This document shows positions 1 to 13,000 of a stretch of 64,000 nt of DNA, piece by piece. The notes under the pieces were generated by a model. It ran no database searches and was not told the origin of the DNA. It saw only the letters and a list, made by a program, of their open reading frames with translations. Numbering within the stretch: the stretch's first letter is position 1; each line of letters begins with the position of its first letter. The position numbers and the translations under genes were made by a program. Origin of the DNA: Mytilus californianus (Eukaryota); assembly GCF_021869535.1 (NCBI RefSeq), contig NW_026262668.1, forward strand, positions 30,628,001 through 30,692,000. Direction: 5' to 3'.

Positions 1-202
1 TGTCGATCGTTTGAATAAACTTAATTTAAAAGGTAACCAATTTAACACTGTAATCAGATCTTTGAATATCGTTTTTATCGGTGTAATTATTGATTTTGTT
101 ATCAATAAATTAAAACCCAACTAAATATCATTATTATACAAATGTGAACATTCACCGTCCTACGATCTGACGATACATATATTTTGGCATTGCATATAAT
201 CA

Positions 203-1310
203 TTTTTAGCTCACCTGGCCCGAAGGGCCAAGTGAGCTTTTCTCATCACTTGGCGTCCGTCGTCCGTCGTCCGTCGTCCGTCGTCCGTCTTCGTCGTCGA
301 CGTCGTCGTCGTCGTCGTCGTCGTCGTCCGTCGTCGTTAGCTTTTTACAAAAATCTTCTCCTCTGAAACCACTGAGCCAAATTTAACCAAACTTGGCCAC
401 AATCATCATTAGGGTATCTAGTTTAAAAAATGTGTCCGATGACCCCGCCAACCAACCAAGATGGCCGCCATGGCTAAAAATAGAACATAGGGGTAAAATG
501 TAGATTTTGGCTTATATCTCTGAAACCAAAGCATTTAGAGTAAATCTGACACAGGATAAAACTGATTATCAGGTCAAGATCTATCTGTCCTGAAATTTTC
601 AGACAAATCTGACAACCTGTTGTTGGGTTGCTGCCCCTGAATTGGTAATTTTAAGGAAATTTTGCAGTTTTTGGTTATTATCTTGAATATTATTATAGAT
701 AGAGATAAACTGTAAACAGCAATGATGTTCAGCAAAGTAAGATCTACAAATAAGTTGTCATGACCAAAATTGTCAGTCGATCCCTTTAGGAGTTATTGCC
801 CTTAATAGTCAATTTTTAACAATTTTTTGTAAATTTTTGTAATCTTTTACAAAAATCTTCTCCTCTGAAACTACTGAGACAAATTTAACCATACTTGGCC
901 ATAATCATTATTAGGGTATCTAGTTTCAAAAATTTGTCCGATGACCCCGCCTTCCAACCATCATGGCCGTCTTGGTTAAAAATAGAACATAGGGGTAAAA
1001 TGCAGTTTTTGGTTTATATCTCTGAAACTAAAGCATTTAGAGCAAATCTGACAGGTGTCAAAAATGTTCATCAGATTAAGATTTATCTGCCCTGAAATTT
1101 TCAGACGAATCCGACAACTCGTTGTTGGGTTGCTGCCCCTGAGTTAGTAATTTTTAACAAAAGTTTTGCAGTTTTTTGTTATTATCTTAGATATCATTAT
1201 AATATCTAATATCTAATACTATTAATTATGATTTTAACCTTATTTTACATGATTTCCAAAGCATCAGTAAATACAGGTGAGCGACACAGGCTCTTGAGAG
1301 CCTCTAGTTT
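203..1310 (+). mobile_element. Non-autonomous HINE/Helentron-like element with about 2 internal ~500-bp repeat units
   Basis: 5' hairpin ctcacctggccc-gaa-gggccaagtgag; subterminal inverted repeat gctcacctg (209-217) / caggtgagc (1274-1282); 3' hairpin aggctct-tg-agagcct (1288-1303); T-rich flanks; microsatellite after the 5' end; internal unit repeated at about 341 and 844. Confidence 0.75.
254..337. repeat. (GTC)n/(GTCC) microsatellite inside the HINE
   Basis: Direct reading; it produces the spurious poly-Arg ORF 184..366. Confidence 0.95.
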
Positions 1311-1389
1311 TCTCTCCGACTGTTAAAGACCTCTTTAAACAATACACAGTGGATGGCAAAGGTGTATTGGTTGATATTTTAGTCTTAGA

Positions 1390-1885
1390 TACATGATTTT
1401 TTTATTACTTGTTCTTGGTTTTGAACTAGCTTTCAGTACGTAGGAGTTCTCTCAGATCTGTACTTGGTGTTTGTGCTTTGTATCAATCTGATGAGTTAAG
1501 GCCTTTTCAACTGATCTCTATGGTTTGTTCTTATGTCTTGTTGTTACACTACTGTCCCTGGTTATGGGATAGTTTGGCGCCCGTAACCATGATTAACCCC
1601 GCCACATTCTATATGTGCCTGTCCAAAGTCAGGAGCCCGTAATTCAGTGGTTTCTTTTGCTGCTGTATATCATATTTGTTTTTCGTTTACTAGTATTGTG
1701 TTGTACATTAATCAGAACGTTAGTTTTCTCGTTTGAATTGTTTTAAATTTGTCATTTCTGGGCATTTTATAGCTTACCATGCGGTATGGGTTGTGGTAAT
1801 TGTTGAAGGCCGTACGGTGACCTATAGTTGACAACTTCTACGTCATTTGGTCTCTGAGTTCTCGAGCTCATTGGCAATCATACCT
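1390..1885 (-). repeat. Interspersed repeat family A copy
   Basis: Shares gttgaaggccgtacggtgacctata and cctgtccaaagtcaggagcc blocks with the copies at 8870, 16008, 19424, 47577 and 59275. Confidence 0.8.
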
Positions 1886-2712
1886 CTTATTTCAATATAA
1901 ACGAATAAATGCAAAATGTCAACGTTCAGTCGATTATGGGCGTGATAAAAACGACAATTCAACTGTTGAAACAACATAAAAGTCTAGATTCATGTTTCAG
2001 GTATAAAGATACATGTGAAAAATATTCATTTGATTGAAGAAGAATGTTTACTTTAACATGTACGTAAAAGGTGAGGACTTACAGTTTTACCATAAAGACG
2101 ATAGGTTGACGACCATAAAAAAAACAATATTGACAATAGAACAGGGGCGTATTCTAACTGTATTTACCATTAGCATCACGACGGGTGTCACATGCACAGC
2201 AGGATCTGATTACCCTGCCGAAGCACCTTAGATCACCTTCGCTTTAGTGGGTTTCGTGTTTTGTAGAATGTTGTTTGTTTTCTTTCTTTTTTGTACATAG
2301 TTTTGTTTTTCTCTCGTGAAATGAGTTTTGGTTGTCTTTTTTGTACCTGCCGCCTCTTTTTAACCGTCAGTATAAGAAGGGTAATAGGCAACGTTAAATT
2401 AGAGATGTGCATATATAGAGAAGATAACATGGTTACAAAAAAAATAAAGTTATTTTTTTAATTTACAAGGGATCCTTTTTACTTGTCCAAAATATACTAC
2501 CTGTACAGAAACCTTATTCAATAATCTGTAATGGCTTCCCGAGAAATATGTTTTCGATACAAAACTCTAAACTTGCGGAAATTTTGACTTTTATATGAAC
2601 AAAATATCAGAATTTCCAAGCATGTTCAAGATTTTATTAGAAGGACAAACAGATTTTTTGTACCTTTATAAACTGTAACTGGTACTGGCACTGACTATCA
2701 ACATCGTTGTTA

Positions 2713-3190
2713 TCATCAACAAAACATACGTACATGTAATATCATATAAATTGTAATCATCAACAAAACATACGTACATGTAATATCATATAAATTGTAA
2801 TCATCAACAAAACATACGTACATGTAATATCATATAAATTGTAATCATCAACAAAACATACGTACATGTAATATCATATAAATTGTAATCATCAACAAAA
2901 CATACGTACATGTAATATCATATAAATTGTAATCATCAACAAAACATACGTACATGTAATATCATAAATTGTAATCATTAACAAAACATACGTACATGTA
3001 ATATCATATAAATTGTAATCATCAACAAAACATACGTACATGTAATATCATATAAATTGTAATCATCAACAAAACATACGTACATGTAATATCATATAAA
3101 TTGTAATCATCAACAAAACATACGTACATGTAATATCATATAAATTGTAATCATCAACAAAACATACCTACATGTAATATCATATAAATT
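2713..3190. repeat. 44-bp minisatellite, 11 units
   Basis: Unit tcatcaacaaaacatacgtacatgtaatatcatataaattgtaa starts at 2713, 2757, 2801, 2845, 2889, 2933, 2975, 3019, 3063, 3107 and 3151; one unit is 42 bp; no spacers. Confidence 0.97.
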
Positions 3191-3987
3191 ATCTTTTATT
3201 CCTTTTTGTTTTCCTTTTTTTTTTTCGTCATTCATAGTTAAACATCGTATTACATTTGATAAATGGTTTCTACATTAAAATTTTGTATATATGCATGTTT
3301 ATATTGTTATATTTTCTTATTGCATTATGGAGAAGATTTTATAAGTATTTTTCACATGTGTCTTATCCATTTTGCTTAAATTTACAATTCTAATATGACG
3401 TTCTTCAAACGCTTTGAGTACACACCCGTGGTAAAATTCGAATATATTCATATGTCAGCTGATATGCAACTTCATGATTTATTTGGGCAATCCTACTACC
3501 ACGTCGTATGCTTTTTATGAATGATTTACCTCGCTGTCGCTCGTGGTAAAATATTTAGCACAAAGGGCCAACCCGTGGTAAAATCACAATCAATTCAAGC
3601 CCCCATGAATTATTTCTTAAATATACTATGTTTAAACTAAATATAGGACGAAACTTAAACTGAAGTTTAAATATCAAGACAAGAACTTTTTAAAAGAAAA
3701 ATTATCAAATGAAATAAAATTTGTGCAAAACGTAGATATCGTGTTTCATTAGAAGGGACATTTAAAGTTCTTAAGGGCCTATACAATCCTTTTCTGATAT
3801 TTTAGGTAAATATGGTAGACTGTCAGGTCAACAAAGTGACCAAGTGTCATCTAGATCTTTCTTGCTTGGAGATGAATAAATTTTGATCACGTTTAATAAG
3901 CAAACATGCGTTTCATAATACATTCTGAAGTTTATGGATTTTTTAAAACTCTGTGTTGTAGTAACGAATTGTAACTAACGCGAACAG

Positions 3988-4010
3988 CAGCACCTCCTGG
4001 TGTTTAAAAA
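3988..4010 (+). promoter_or_regulatory. Candidate core-promoter motif upstream of SDR exon 1a
   Basis: cagcacctcctggtgtttaaaaa lies 64 nt before the ATG; the near-identical cagcaccgcctggtgtttaaaaa lies 65 nt before the exon 1b ATG (8137-8159) although the surrounding sequence has diverged. Confidence 0.35.
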
Positions 4011-4051
4011 CCTTCACACTCCATTTAGTTTAACTAAATTTGTAGCTTACC

Positions 4052-4088
4052 ATGGCGTCTCTACAGGATAAAGTCACCATCATCACAG
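4052..4088 (+). CDS. SDR exon 1a (intact; MASLQDKVTIIT-G)
   Basis: ACCATGG Kozak context, 37 nt, phase-1 donor GTAAAG compatible with exon 2. Confidence 0.85.
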
Positions 4089-7000
4089 GTAAAGATCACA
4101 TGTTTTTTTTCAACAAATTTCTTAAGTACATGTTTTTGTTCACGAAACGTGTATAGCAAAATATGGATTTTTGTTGGTCTAAGAGTACACCTAGATTATT
4201 TAGGGAAAACAGGAACTTTCAAAAGAGTCCAGAGTTGTTTGATTTTTAGAGAATTTTGTGTTGATGACATATCTCTGATATTCTCTGTATAATTTAATTT
4301 ACTACGTTTTAAAATCATGGTGGTTTAGAGCTTGACATATTGAATGGAAATATATTCATATTGTTAAAGATCGTATGTTGAACTCTGTTTTTTTTTATAT
4401 TATTTGGGATGTTGGGTTGCTGTCTAAAGGAGTTAGACCAAATCTTTTTATCAAGCCCCCAACGAACTGAGACAGGAGTAAATAGCTATAATTTCGTTAC
4501 GAACGTACGTCCATAAATTGTTCGTTTCCGAATGCTTACTTGAGTAAGCCTCCACCAAATTGTTTGAAATTTAGAAATGTTCAGTGTTAGCTATAATAGG
4601 GACCACTAAACACAGATCCAATTGAATTTCACCGATTTCACTTTTGGCTTTCCATAGATGTATCCTTAGAAAGCGAATATAGCAACATTTGGGTTCCAGG
4701 CAGTAGCTTGACTCTTGAGTATGCTCAAGCAAATAATTTGAAATATAGTAATGTTAAGGACCATTAAATATAGATCCAGTTCAAATATTTTAGATTTCGT
4801 TTGCCTTTTCAGAGCTCATTTTAGAGCAACATCTTTTCCCTCTTTTTACTTTTTTTATGTATGAGCAACGTTTATTTAGATCTGATGGCAATATACTATA
4901 CAGTTTTGTATTTCAGTTATATATCTTAAATCTTCGTTATTTTACAGTTTAATTAAACTTGTTTTTCATCTTCTAATGAATTACAACTGAGACGAAGCCT
5001 TTGTTCCCTGGGAATATTCAAATGATTTTCTATTATATTTTAAGTTGTGATCACTAATTCTGAGTTAAGAGATAATTCTTGTAAAGATTCAATTTGGTGT
5101 ACTTAATATTCTGTATATATAACAGTGCTTTATCAAAATATGATTTTAAATATGTTGTCTTCGAGCATTACTGAGTAGACATTTATTGCCAAAATGTGCA
5201 TCTGGTGGCCCCGTTAATAGATGTTACTAAATTTACTAAAGCTAATTTTTTTATTAGTCGACTGTCTCTATTAGTATTAGAAACAAATTGAATATATGTA
5301 AGATGTAAACTTCTTTAACTTCATAACAAACCAATCAAAATGTATCTGATAAACTAATAAACAGCTGCGGCACGAGCGCATGATACGCCCGTCGTCTTGT
5401 GTGTGTGAGGTTATATGCAATAATCATAAATCAGTTCTGAGATACGGCGCGACATGTGAAAACCCCCCTTTTTTTATAAAAAAATCAATAACTCTAAAAT
5501 TAAATTTTGAATCATCACCAAAAAGTATACAGATCTTTAGATTAATATAACTAAGAAGTGTGTAAAGTTTTAAGCAATAATCATAAATCGTTTTTGAGAT
5601 ACGGCGCGACATGTGAAGAAAAACCCTGTTTTAGTTACAAAGTCCCGTAACTCAAAAAGTTTTAATCTTATTTTCACCAAAAAGTTTACAGATCGTTTGA
5701 CCATCATAAGAAACAACTATATTAAGTTTCATGAAATTTGGATAAGTCGTCCTCAAGTTACGGTGCGACATGTGGACGCCGGACAGACGGACAGACAGAC
5801 AGACGGACGCCGGACATTTGTAAACCATAATACGTCCCGTCAAAATTTTGACGGGCGTATAAAAACCATATAAATTGTGGCGGGTGCATGATTTTTTTTG
5901 TTTAGGAAAAGGGGGATATTTCTTTTTAGAAAAAAAACTTTATTGGGCAATAAAAAGGCTGTATTTTCAAATGACCAGCTCTGCCCTTTTTCCAAGGCAA
6001 GACATAATAAGTCCCTTATCATAATTTGCTTTACGAAAACTATAAACTTGGTAAACCTTGAACTTTCATATAAACAAAATATCCGAATTTTCATACATTT
6101 ACTGATACTGGCACTAGCTATCATTATCTCAAAAGTTGCCTTTCGTTCCAATCTTTTTTTCTTTCTTTTTTCGTCATTCATGATCGTATTATATTTGATG
6201 TTTTTTTTTCTTATGCATCGTACGGAATATGAATGAAAAAATTGCAACTGATTGTTTAGCAAAGAACAATCAATTAATCAACAAATCAACTAATAAATGC
6301 AAGCTAATATTCTTATATTTTTATATTGTATAAGGGAGAAGACTTCATAAGTATGTTTACATGTCAATTGTCTAGTTTGCTTCAATTAAGCAAATAACAT
6401 ACGTGTAAACTAAATCTAGGACGTAGTTCAAACTAAAGTTTAAATATCAGGACAAGAATTTTTTTAAAGGGTATACGTAACGATCAAACATAATTAAAGT
6501 TTTAAATCGTAGATATCGTGTTTGATTAAAAAGTAGTTTATTTTTTTATGATGGGCCTATACAATCAATACGGGACTTATTAGGTAAATGTGATAGATTG
6601 TCAGGTCATCAAAGTCACAAGATGTCTAGATCTTTCATACTTAGACAGGCTAATACCCAATTGAAATTAAACAAAAGAAATGGAACTCTCTATTAAAGAG
6701 GGTAAAATGTATACATGTATTTTAATTGTTTACATCTGTGTCTATGGCCTTTAAAAGGTAAATGTAGGTGCACAATTTGGGAATTTTTTGCATCTAATAT
6801 ACGTATCAATACTAAAATTATAGTATGGGGCTTCGAGATATTTGACAATTTGTAAACTTTTGAGTTAATTACTTTTCACAAAACAGTAGATTATGGTACG
6901 TGCAAAAACATATGGATATTTAATGTGCATATTAAGCATGAAGTCCACCAACAACAAAAATTCACACAAAGATAATAGATTGATTCTTTGAAAAACATTA

Positions 7001-10000
7001 ATTTGCATCTTTGCCCCTATGCAACAGTTTTTTTTTGGAAAAAATTGGGCAATAATCTTTTCGAAAAGAGGAAATCGGGTACACCTTTTTATGTTCAAGC
7101 GTGTTTGAGTTGACAGTTTTGCCTTGAAAACGTATAAAGCAAAAAATATTTGATACAAAATTTCGCTTCCGATTATATTATTTTAATATATTTTGCTATA
7201 TACATATTGATTTTATAACATTAAAAATCACAGTACCAAAAACTTAAGTATATGGGGTCAAGTGAAATATCTTTCTAATAAATCATAACAACAGAGAAGA
7301 TGTATTTGAGTAACAAACAAAATATATAGCTTCGTGCTCCTAAAACTGTTAAAACTTAAGGTGAATTTCTGACTTGTTTATTTTTTTTGTTAACTCATTT
7401 GTCAATTAAAATTTAGGCTTATGATTTATTTTATTCATGAAATGTTCTAAAAAATAAAAGTTCACTAATACTCCTCTTAAATTTTATACTAAAATCCCTT
7501 GACGACAGACTTCACTAGTGAATCTTTTTTATGCATAACTTTAAAAAAAATATTTCACTTTTTGTGTTTTATCTAGGGTAATTAATCTTCAACCTCTGAA
7601 AATTTTCAGTCTGCCCTTCCATGAAATATTTGAATAGATTTGTTTAGTGTTTTATTTTTAACTTTTGAAGATTTTCCCTGATAAGATTGAAAAAAATAGG
7701 TTGCGTAATGGGGAGATAATTTTGACGAAGTATATTCCTGACGGTAGAGATGAATAAATTTGATCACGATTAATCCATTTGGGATTCATCATAAAATTCA
7801 CATGGGAAAATATGTGATAAGGTACGAAGTGAGATACCTTCTCTCTATATTTATTATCAGTGACCGCTGTGGAAAGTAAACTTGGAATTGATAGTAAATA
7901 CATGTTATATCTAGTATATCTATGTAAATATAACATATAAAAACGCGAAACTAATTGAATTTAAAGAGACAAAATAACGGATTTTGAAAAGGGGGGGGGG
8001 ACTAAAACAATTGTCCTGTCCCCAGTAACTATTGTTTAATCAGAACAAATACGTTGTACAATACATTCCTAAGTTATTATATAATGGATTTGTTTTAACT
8101 CCGTGTTGTAGTCACGAAGTGTTACTCGGGCAATATCAGCACCGCCTGGTGTTTAAAAAATCCTCAAATTCCATTTGATATATCTATAAGTGTAACTTAT
8201 CATGGCGTCTTTACAGGACAGTCACCATCATAACAGGTAAATATAAATTATCTTTTATTCAGCATAACTTTCTAAAATACATGTATATGTTCACAAAAAA
8301 GGCTTAGCATAGTAGGGGTTTATGTCGGTCTAGCATCAAAACCTTTTGATTTTTTAGGGGACGACGAGAACTTTGATAAAATGTTCCACACTTGTTTGTT
8401 ATTTAGAAAATTTTGCGTGGATGGCAGAACTTTAAAATACTCTATTTACTTAAATTTACAACGTTTAAAACTCATTGCGATTAAGAGCTTGAAATATTGA
8501 ATGGAAACAAATTGTTGACGACTTATGTTGAACTCTTAACTAGATATCTTTGGGTTGCTGTCTAAATAATATAGAACCCACATCTTTTTAATAAGCCCCC
8601 GCTGAAATGCGACGAGTGCATATAGTTTTACTCCCGTAACGTACGAGCTTCCATAAATTGGTTTCCGCATGCTAACTTATGTAACCATCCACCAAATCAT
8701 TTGAAAGGAAAATGTTGTTAGAGACCACTAAACACAGATCCAGTTATATTTTATCGATTTCACTTTTTACATATAATTCCTTGATAAGCGGAATATTGCA
8801 GATTTGTTGGTTCGAGGAAGTACTTCAGTTAGCCTCCACTAAATCATTTCAAAATTTAGAAAATATAATGTTAAAAGTTTGTTCTTTTGTTGTACTGTTA
8901 CACCACTGTCCCAGGTAAGGGGAGGGTTGGCACCTTCAAACTAGTTTAACCCCGCCACATTCTGTATGTGCTTGTCCAAAGTCAGGAACCTGTAATTCAG
9001 TGCTTGTCGTTTGTTGCTGTATATCATATTTGTTTTTTGTTCATTATTTTGTACATAAATCAGGCCGTTAGTTTTCTCGTTTGAATTGTTTTACATTTGT
9101 CATTTAGGGTCCTATCATAGCTGACTATGCGGTATGGGTTTTGCTCATTGTTGAAGGCCGTACGGTGACCTATAATAGTTGTTAATTTCTGTGTCATTTG
9201 GTCTGTCGTGGAGAGTTGTCTCATTGGCATTCATACCACATCTTCTTATTTTTATAATAAAAAACGTGATTTGTTTCTTAATCAGCAGAATCATTGACGT
9301 TTGCGCCCCCCTTTTATGGCATCGTCTTGAAGTCATGAGTCTCGTTGACATTTGTCATGTCTTTTTTTTTTTTAAACAATACTGAAAATACATGACTGTA
9401 AGATATTTATATGAAAATTGAAGAATACCGTTTAAAAGAACAAGCATGTGAGATTAGACGTTTGTAAAAAATGGTTATTACCCTTTATTTTATGGAAATT
9501 TTTATTTTGAGAGTATACATCATTATATATATGAATGATATGTTTGTACTTCAGGTGCAAGTTCGGGTATTGGAGAATCAACTGCATTACTGTTTGCTGA
9601 GAGCAAAGCAAAGGTAGTTCTAGCAGCTAGAAATGTCGAGAATCTTGAGAAAGTAGCCTCCTTGTGTAAGTCTAAAGGATTATCGAAAAATGATGTAAGT
9701 TTATTAATCAAGCAAAGCCTACAAACATTTTCAGTACAAGTAATTCGTCAAATTTAAATTCGTTGTTGTTTGCCTACAAATTGAACGTCCAGTTGCAAAT
9801 ATTTAATCTATATTCAGGATGAGAACAAATGAAATATAAATCCAGTCGGTCAGTTCTTTAAAGTGGGTCAATCGTGATGAAATATAGACTGCGAACGGGA
9901 AAAGATGGAATGTTGGATAGAGTCATATATTTTGCGTTGTAACATGCCACCGATGTATTCCTACACGATTGGTTGCAAGTATTCTCCAACTTGCAGGTAG

Positions 10001-13000
10001 CATTACACTCCCTTTTCATGAGACATTATTTATATTTGATAATAATTCTACTAACAAGTTCTTGTCCTAATATTTAAACTGGAGTTTTAACTACGTGCCA
10101 GATTCAGTGTAAACATATTTTATTTGCTCCATTTAACATGTTATATAATCAAGTGAAAATGGATAAGACACAAGTAAACATATTTGTGAAGTCTTCTTAA
10201 ATAATACAATGGATTTAAAGTTCTCATTCCAATAGGACGTGGCTGTGTATTTATACATCCCGTATAGGAAACAGACGCATCTTAGTTCATTTAACCGTAT
10301 GTCTATACATTAATTCGTATAGGAAGAGTGCTGGTATTTTTGTACGTTGAAGATCCCTTGCAAAAACTCTTCTAGGCGTATGTAGGAGACCCATTGCAAG
10401 TCATCCATCTCTTTTCATTATACCTTCTTTTTCGATGCAAGGTAAAATCCACCTGTCATCCCCAGTATGCTTGACTGCCACTTGGTGTTAAGCAAACAAA
10501 TATCAATCAATATTAAAGCTTATATTTTAGCTAAATAATATTTGTTATTTTATTCTATAAGTAAGTAAGTAAGTAAATTGTTTATTATAGTGACATGTGT
10601 AAATCAACATAAATATATATATATGTACAAAATATTATCCGACATATAAAATACATCCGGCCCAATGGACCAATAAGTCACCTTTTACTTTCAATTCAAT
10701 ATAAATGTTTCAATATCACGTGTTAATTGTCAATCTAAATTTAAATTAGAGAGAAAGATAATCATTATTTAAGAATTAACGTTTGTAAAAGTTCATAAAT
10801 GGTTCTTCAAAAGTTTATGAAAAAGTTTAAGAATGTTAACTAGAGTAAACTGTTTGTTTTCTACAGAAAAGTGATGCTGCTAAGTATTTAGCTATTTTCC
10901 TTGGATGGTTCACCATTAGAAATGATCATTTTCCCTGGTTATTTAGCTGCATTTAGTCAGGCAACACTAATATTTCGCTAAAAACAGTTTGTCTGATATC
11001 ATTATGAAATGTACAGTTTATAAGAAAATGTAGTTCACTTTCAACATTTTGTGAACTACAAAACCGACATAGTCTATCCTCTACTGGTTCTATATTTAAC
11101 TATAGGAAATTCAATATACATTTTGCAGTTTCCTATACCAGGAGTCGGTTTCACAAAAAAAACTGACGACTAAGATTGATTGTAAGTATACTGAATTGTT
11201 CATGACTTACGATCAATCTTAGTCGTAAGTATTTTTGTGAAATCGACTCCAGGTTCCTATAGCTAAGAGTACGTACACCAAAGGCATAATTATTATAGTA
11301 ATGAGTGCAAAAAAAAAGAATCCGTCAACGAATGATTGGATAATTCTCGTTCAATTTTAATCAAGATGTGTTTGATTAAGAGAGAGGCAAAAGATACCAA
11401 ATGGGCATTCAAACTCATAAATTGAAGAAAAAAAATACCGACAACGCCATGGCAAACAACTAAAAAGACCAAAAGACAAACAACAGCATACAAAACACAA
11501 CATAGAAAACTAAAGACTGAGCAACTCGAACCCTACCAAAAACCGGGAGTGATCTCACGAGCTCCAGAAGGGTAGGAAGATCCTGCTCCATATGTAAATA
11601 AGTATATTAGACTAGATACATTACTTACAAATATCGTAGTAGTTTGTTTAGTTTAAACATATTTTATTGTTCATGAACTATACAACAGTAGTTGCGTGAA
11701 CCCCCGAGGGTTTCATGTCCAAATTAAGGAAAAATCAGTGCAAGTTTCTGGGAATTCCGTCAATTTGTTTTAAAAGGAGTTGAGGTAATCTGCAATCGAA
11801 TTTAGAGGGTCTAGTTATCAGAGGCCTAGAGCGTTTTTGGCGACAAAATAGGACGATATCTTTACAAATTAGGCGATACAAAAACGTTTGTATGTATAAG
11901 CAAAAAATAGCACAACTTAGTAAACTTGACCTCTATTTTGTCATCAGCAACAACATATTAAAATTTGAAAAGCTTTGGTTGCATGGTTCATGAGTTAAAG
12001 CACGGACACGACAAATTATTTTTCTCAAAATCAATATCCGTATTTAACGGACATGCGATTGCAAAAACAGGATTTTTTTTTAATTGCGTACTAGACATCA
12101 GCTATACCGAATTGGCACTGTTATCAGCCTGCTTCCCTCTGCCTGTCACACAATCGTATAAAACAAAAAAATCAACAATATCATTATATGAGTATAAATA
12201 AATTGAGATCAACCATATTCTGAATATGGTAGCCAATGACCAAACCATATAAACCAGTGTAATTGGTTTTCCAAAACGGTTTTAGTTCGGAATTAACAAA
12301 TAAGAATATAGCTTATCTTTTGAACTTTTTTCAAACTGGCTACTAAAACAAATAATCTTGATTCATTTCATTAAACAAAGACTGTTTTCACATTTACATG
12401 TAGACTTTAGCCAGGAAGTTACCTCTAATTTCCAGAACAGCACATCAGAATGGAACATACAGTTGTTGCCTCCTATTTACTATGTTGTAATGTTATCTAT
12501 CGGAAGACAGAGGGATAGGAGAGAGAGAAGTGATTTCTATAATAAGAAAATTATGCACAACATTGAACAGTAGTTTCATTAAGAATCCATTGCATTTTTT
12601 CTACATCTTATATAAAAAAAAATGAGGTGAAATCATGCATCTTTATATAACAAGTATTTGATCTTATATACCAAACAGGCATTTAGGTTCACGATTGCAT
12701 TTCTTTTTTTCAAAGAAAGCAACTTGTTGTTTATGTTGGGTTGAACACTTGTTATGTCTTAATATTGATGTCAATTTTCCAGATATTGGTTATTCCTTGC
12801 GATGTCACTAATGACGACAATTTGAAGACATTAGTCGATGAAACCGTCAAGAAATTTGGAAGAATCGATGTGTTGGTATGTAACACGTCTATCTCTGTCA
12901 AAAACAAAAAAGTACAAATAAATATTTACAACAGTATTCAATATAATGAGTTTTTAGATTAAAAAAGCTTTAATTCAGGTTTTCATACAGTTCTCTGCCA

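Noticed and set aside
184-366. Arg-rich ORF
   Set aside because: Artefact of the (GTC)n microsatellite in a HINE.
2713-3190. CRISPR-like array
   Set aside because: Units are contiguous with no unique spacers, there are no cas genes, and the context is eukaryotic; it is a minisatellite.
5840-6262. Overlapping 140-aa (-) and 112-aa (+) ORFs
   Set aside because: Low-complexity A/T-run translations with no motif or clear splice context.
6645-7745. 1.1-kb insertion upstream of exon 1b as a defined transposon
   Set aside because: The insertion relative to the exon 1a block is visible, but I found no convincing TIR or TSD, so it is not classified.
9523-9711. Antisense ORFs conserved in both copies (also 34618..34941)
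   Set aside because: They are the reverse frame of SDR exon 2; conservation is explained by the sense exon.
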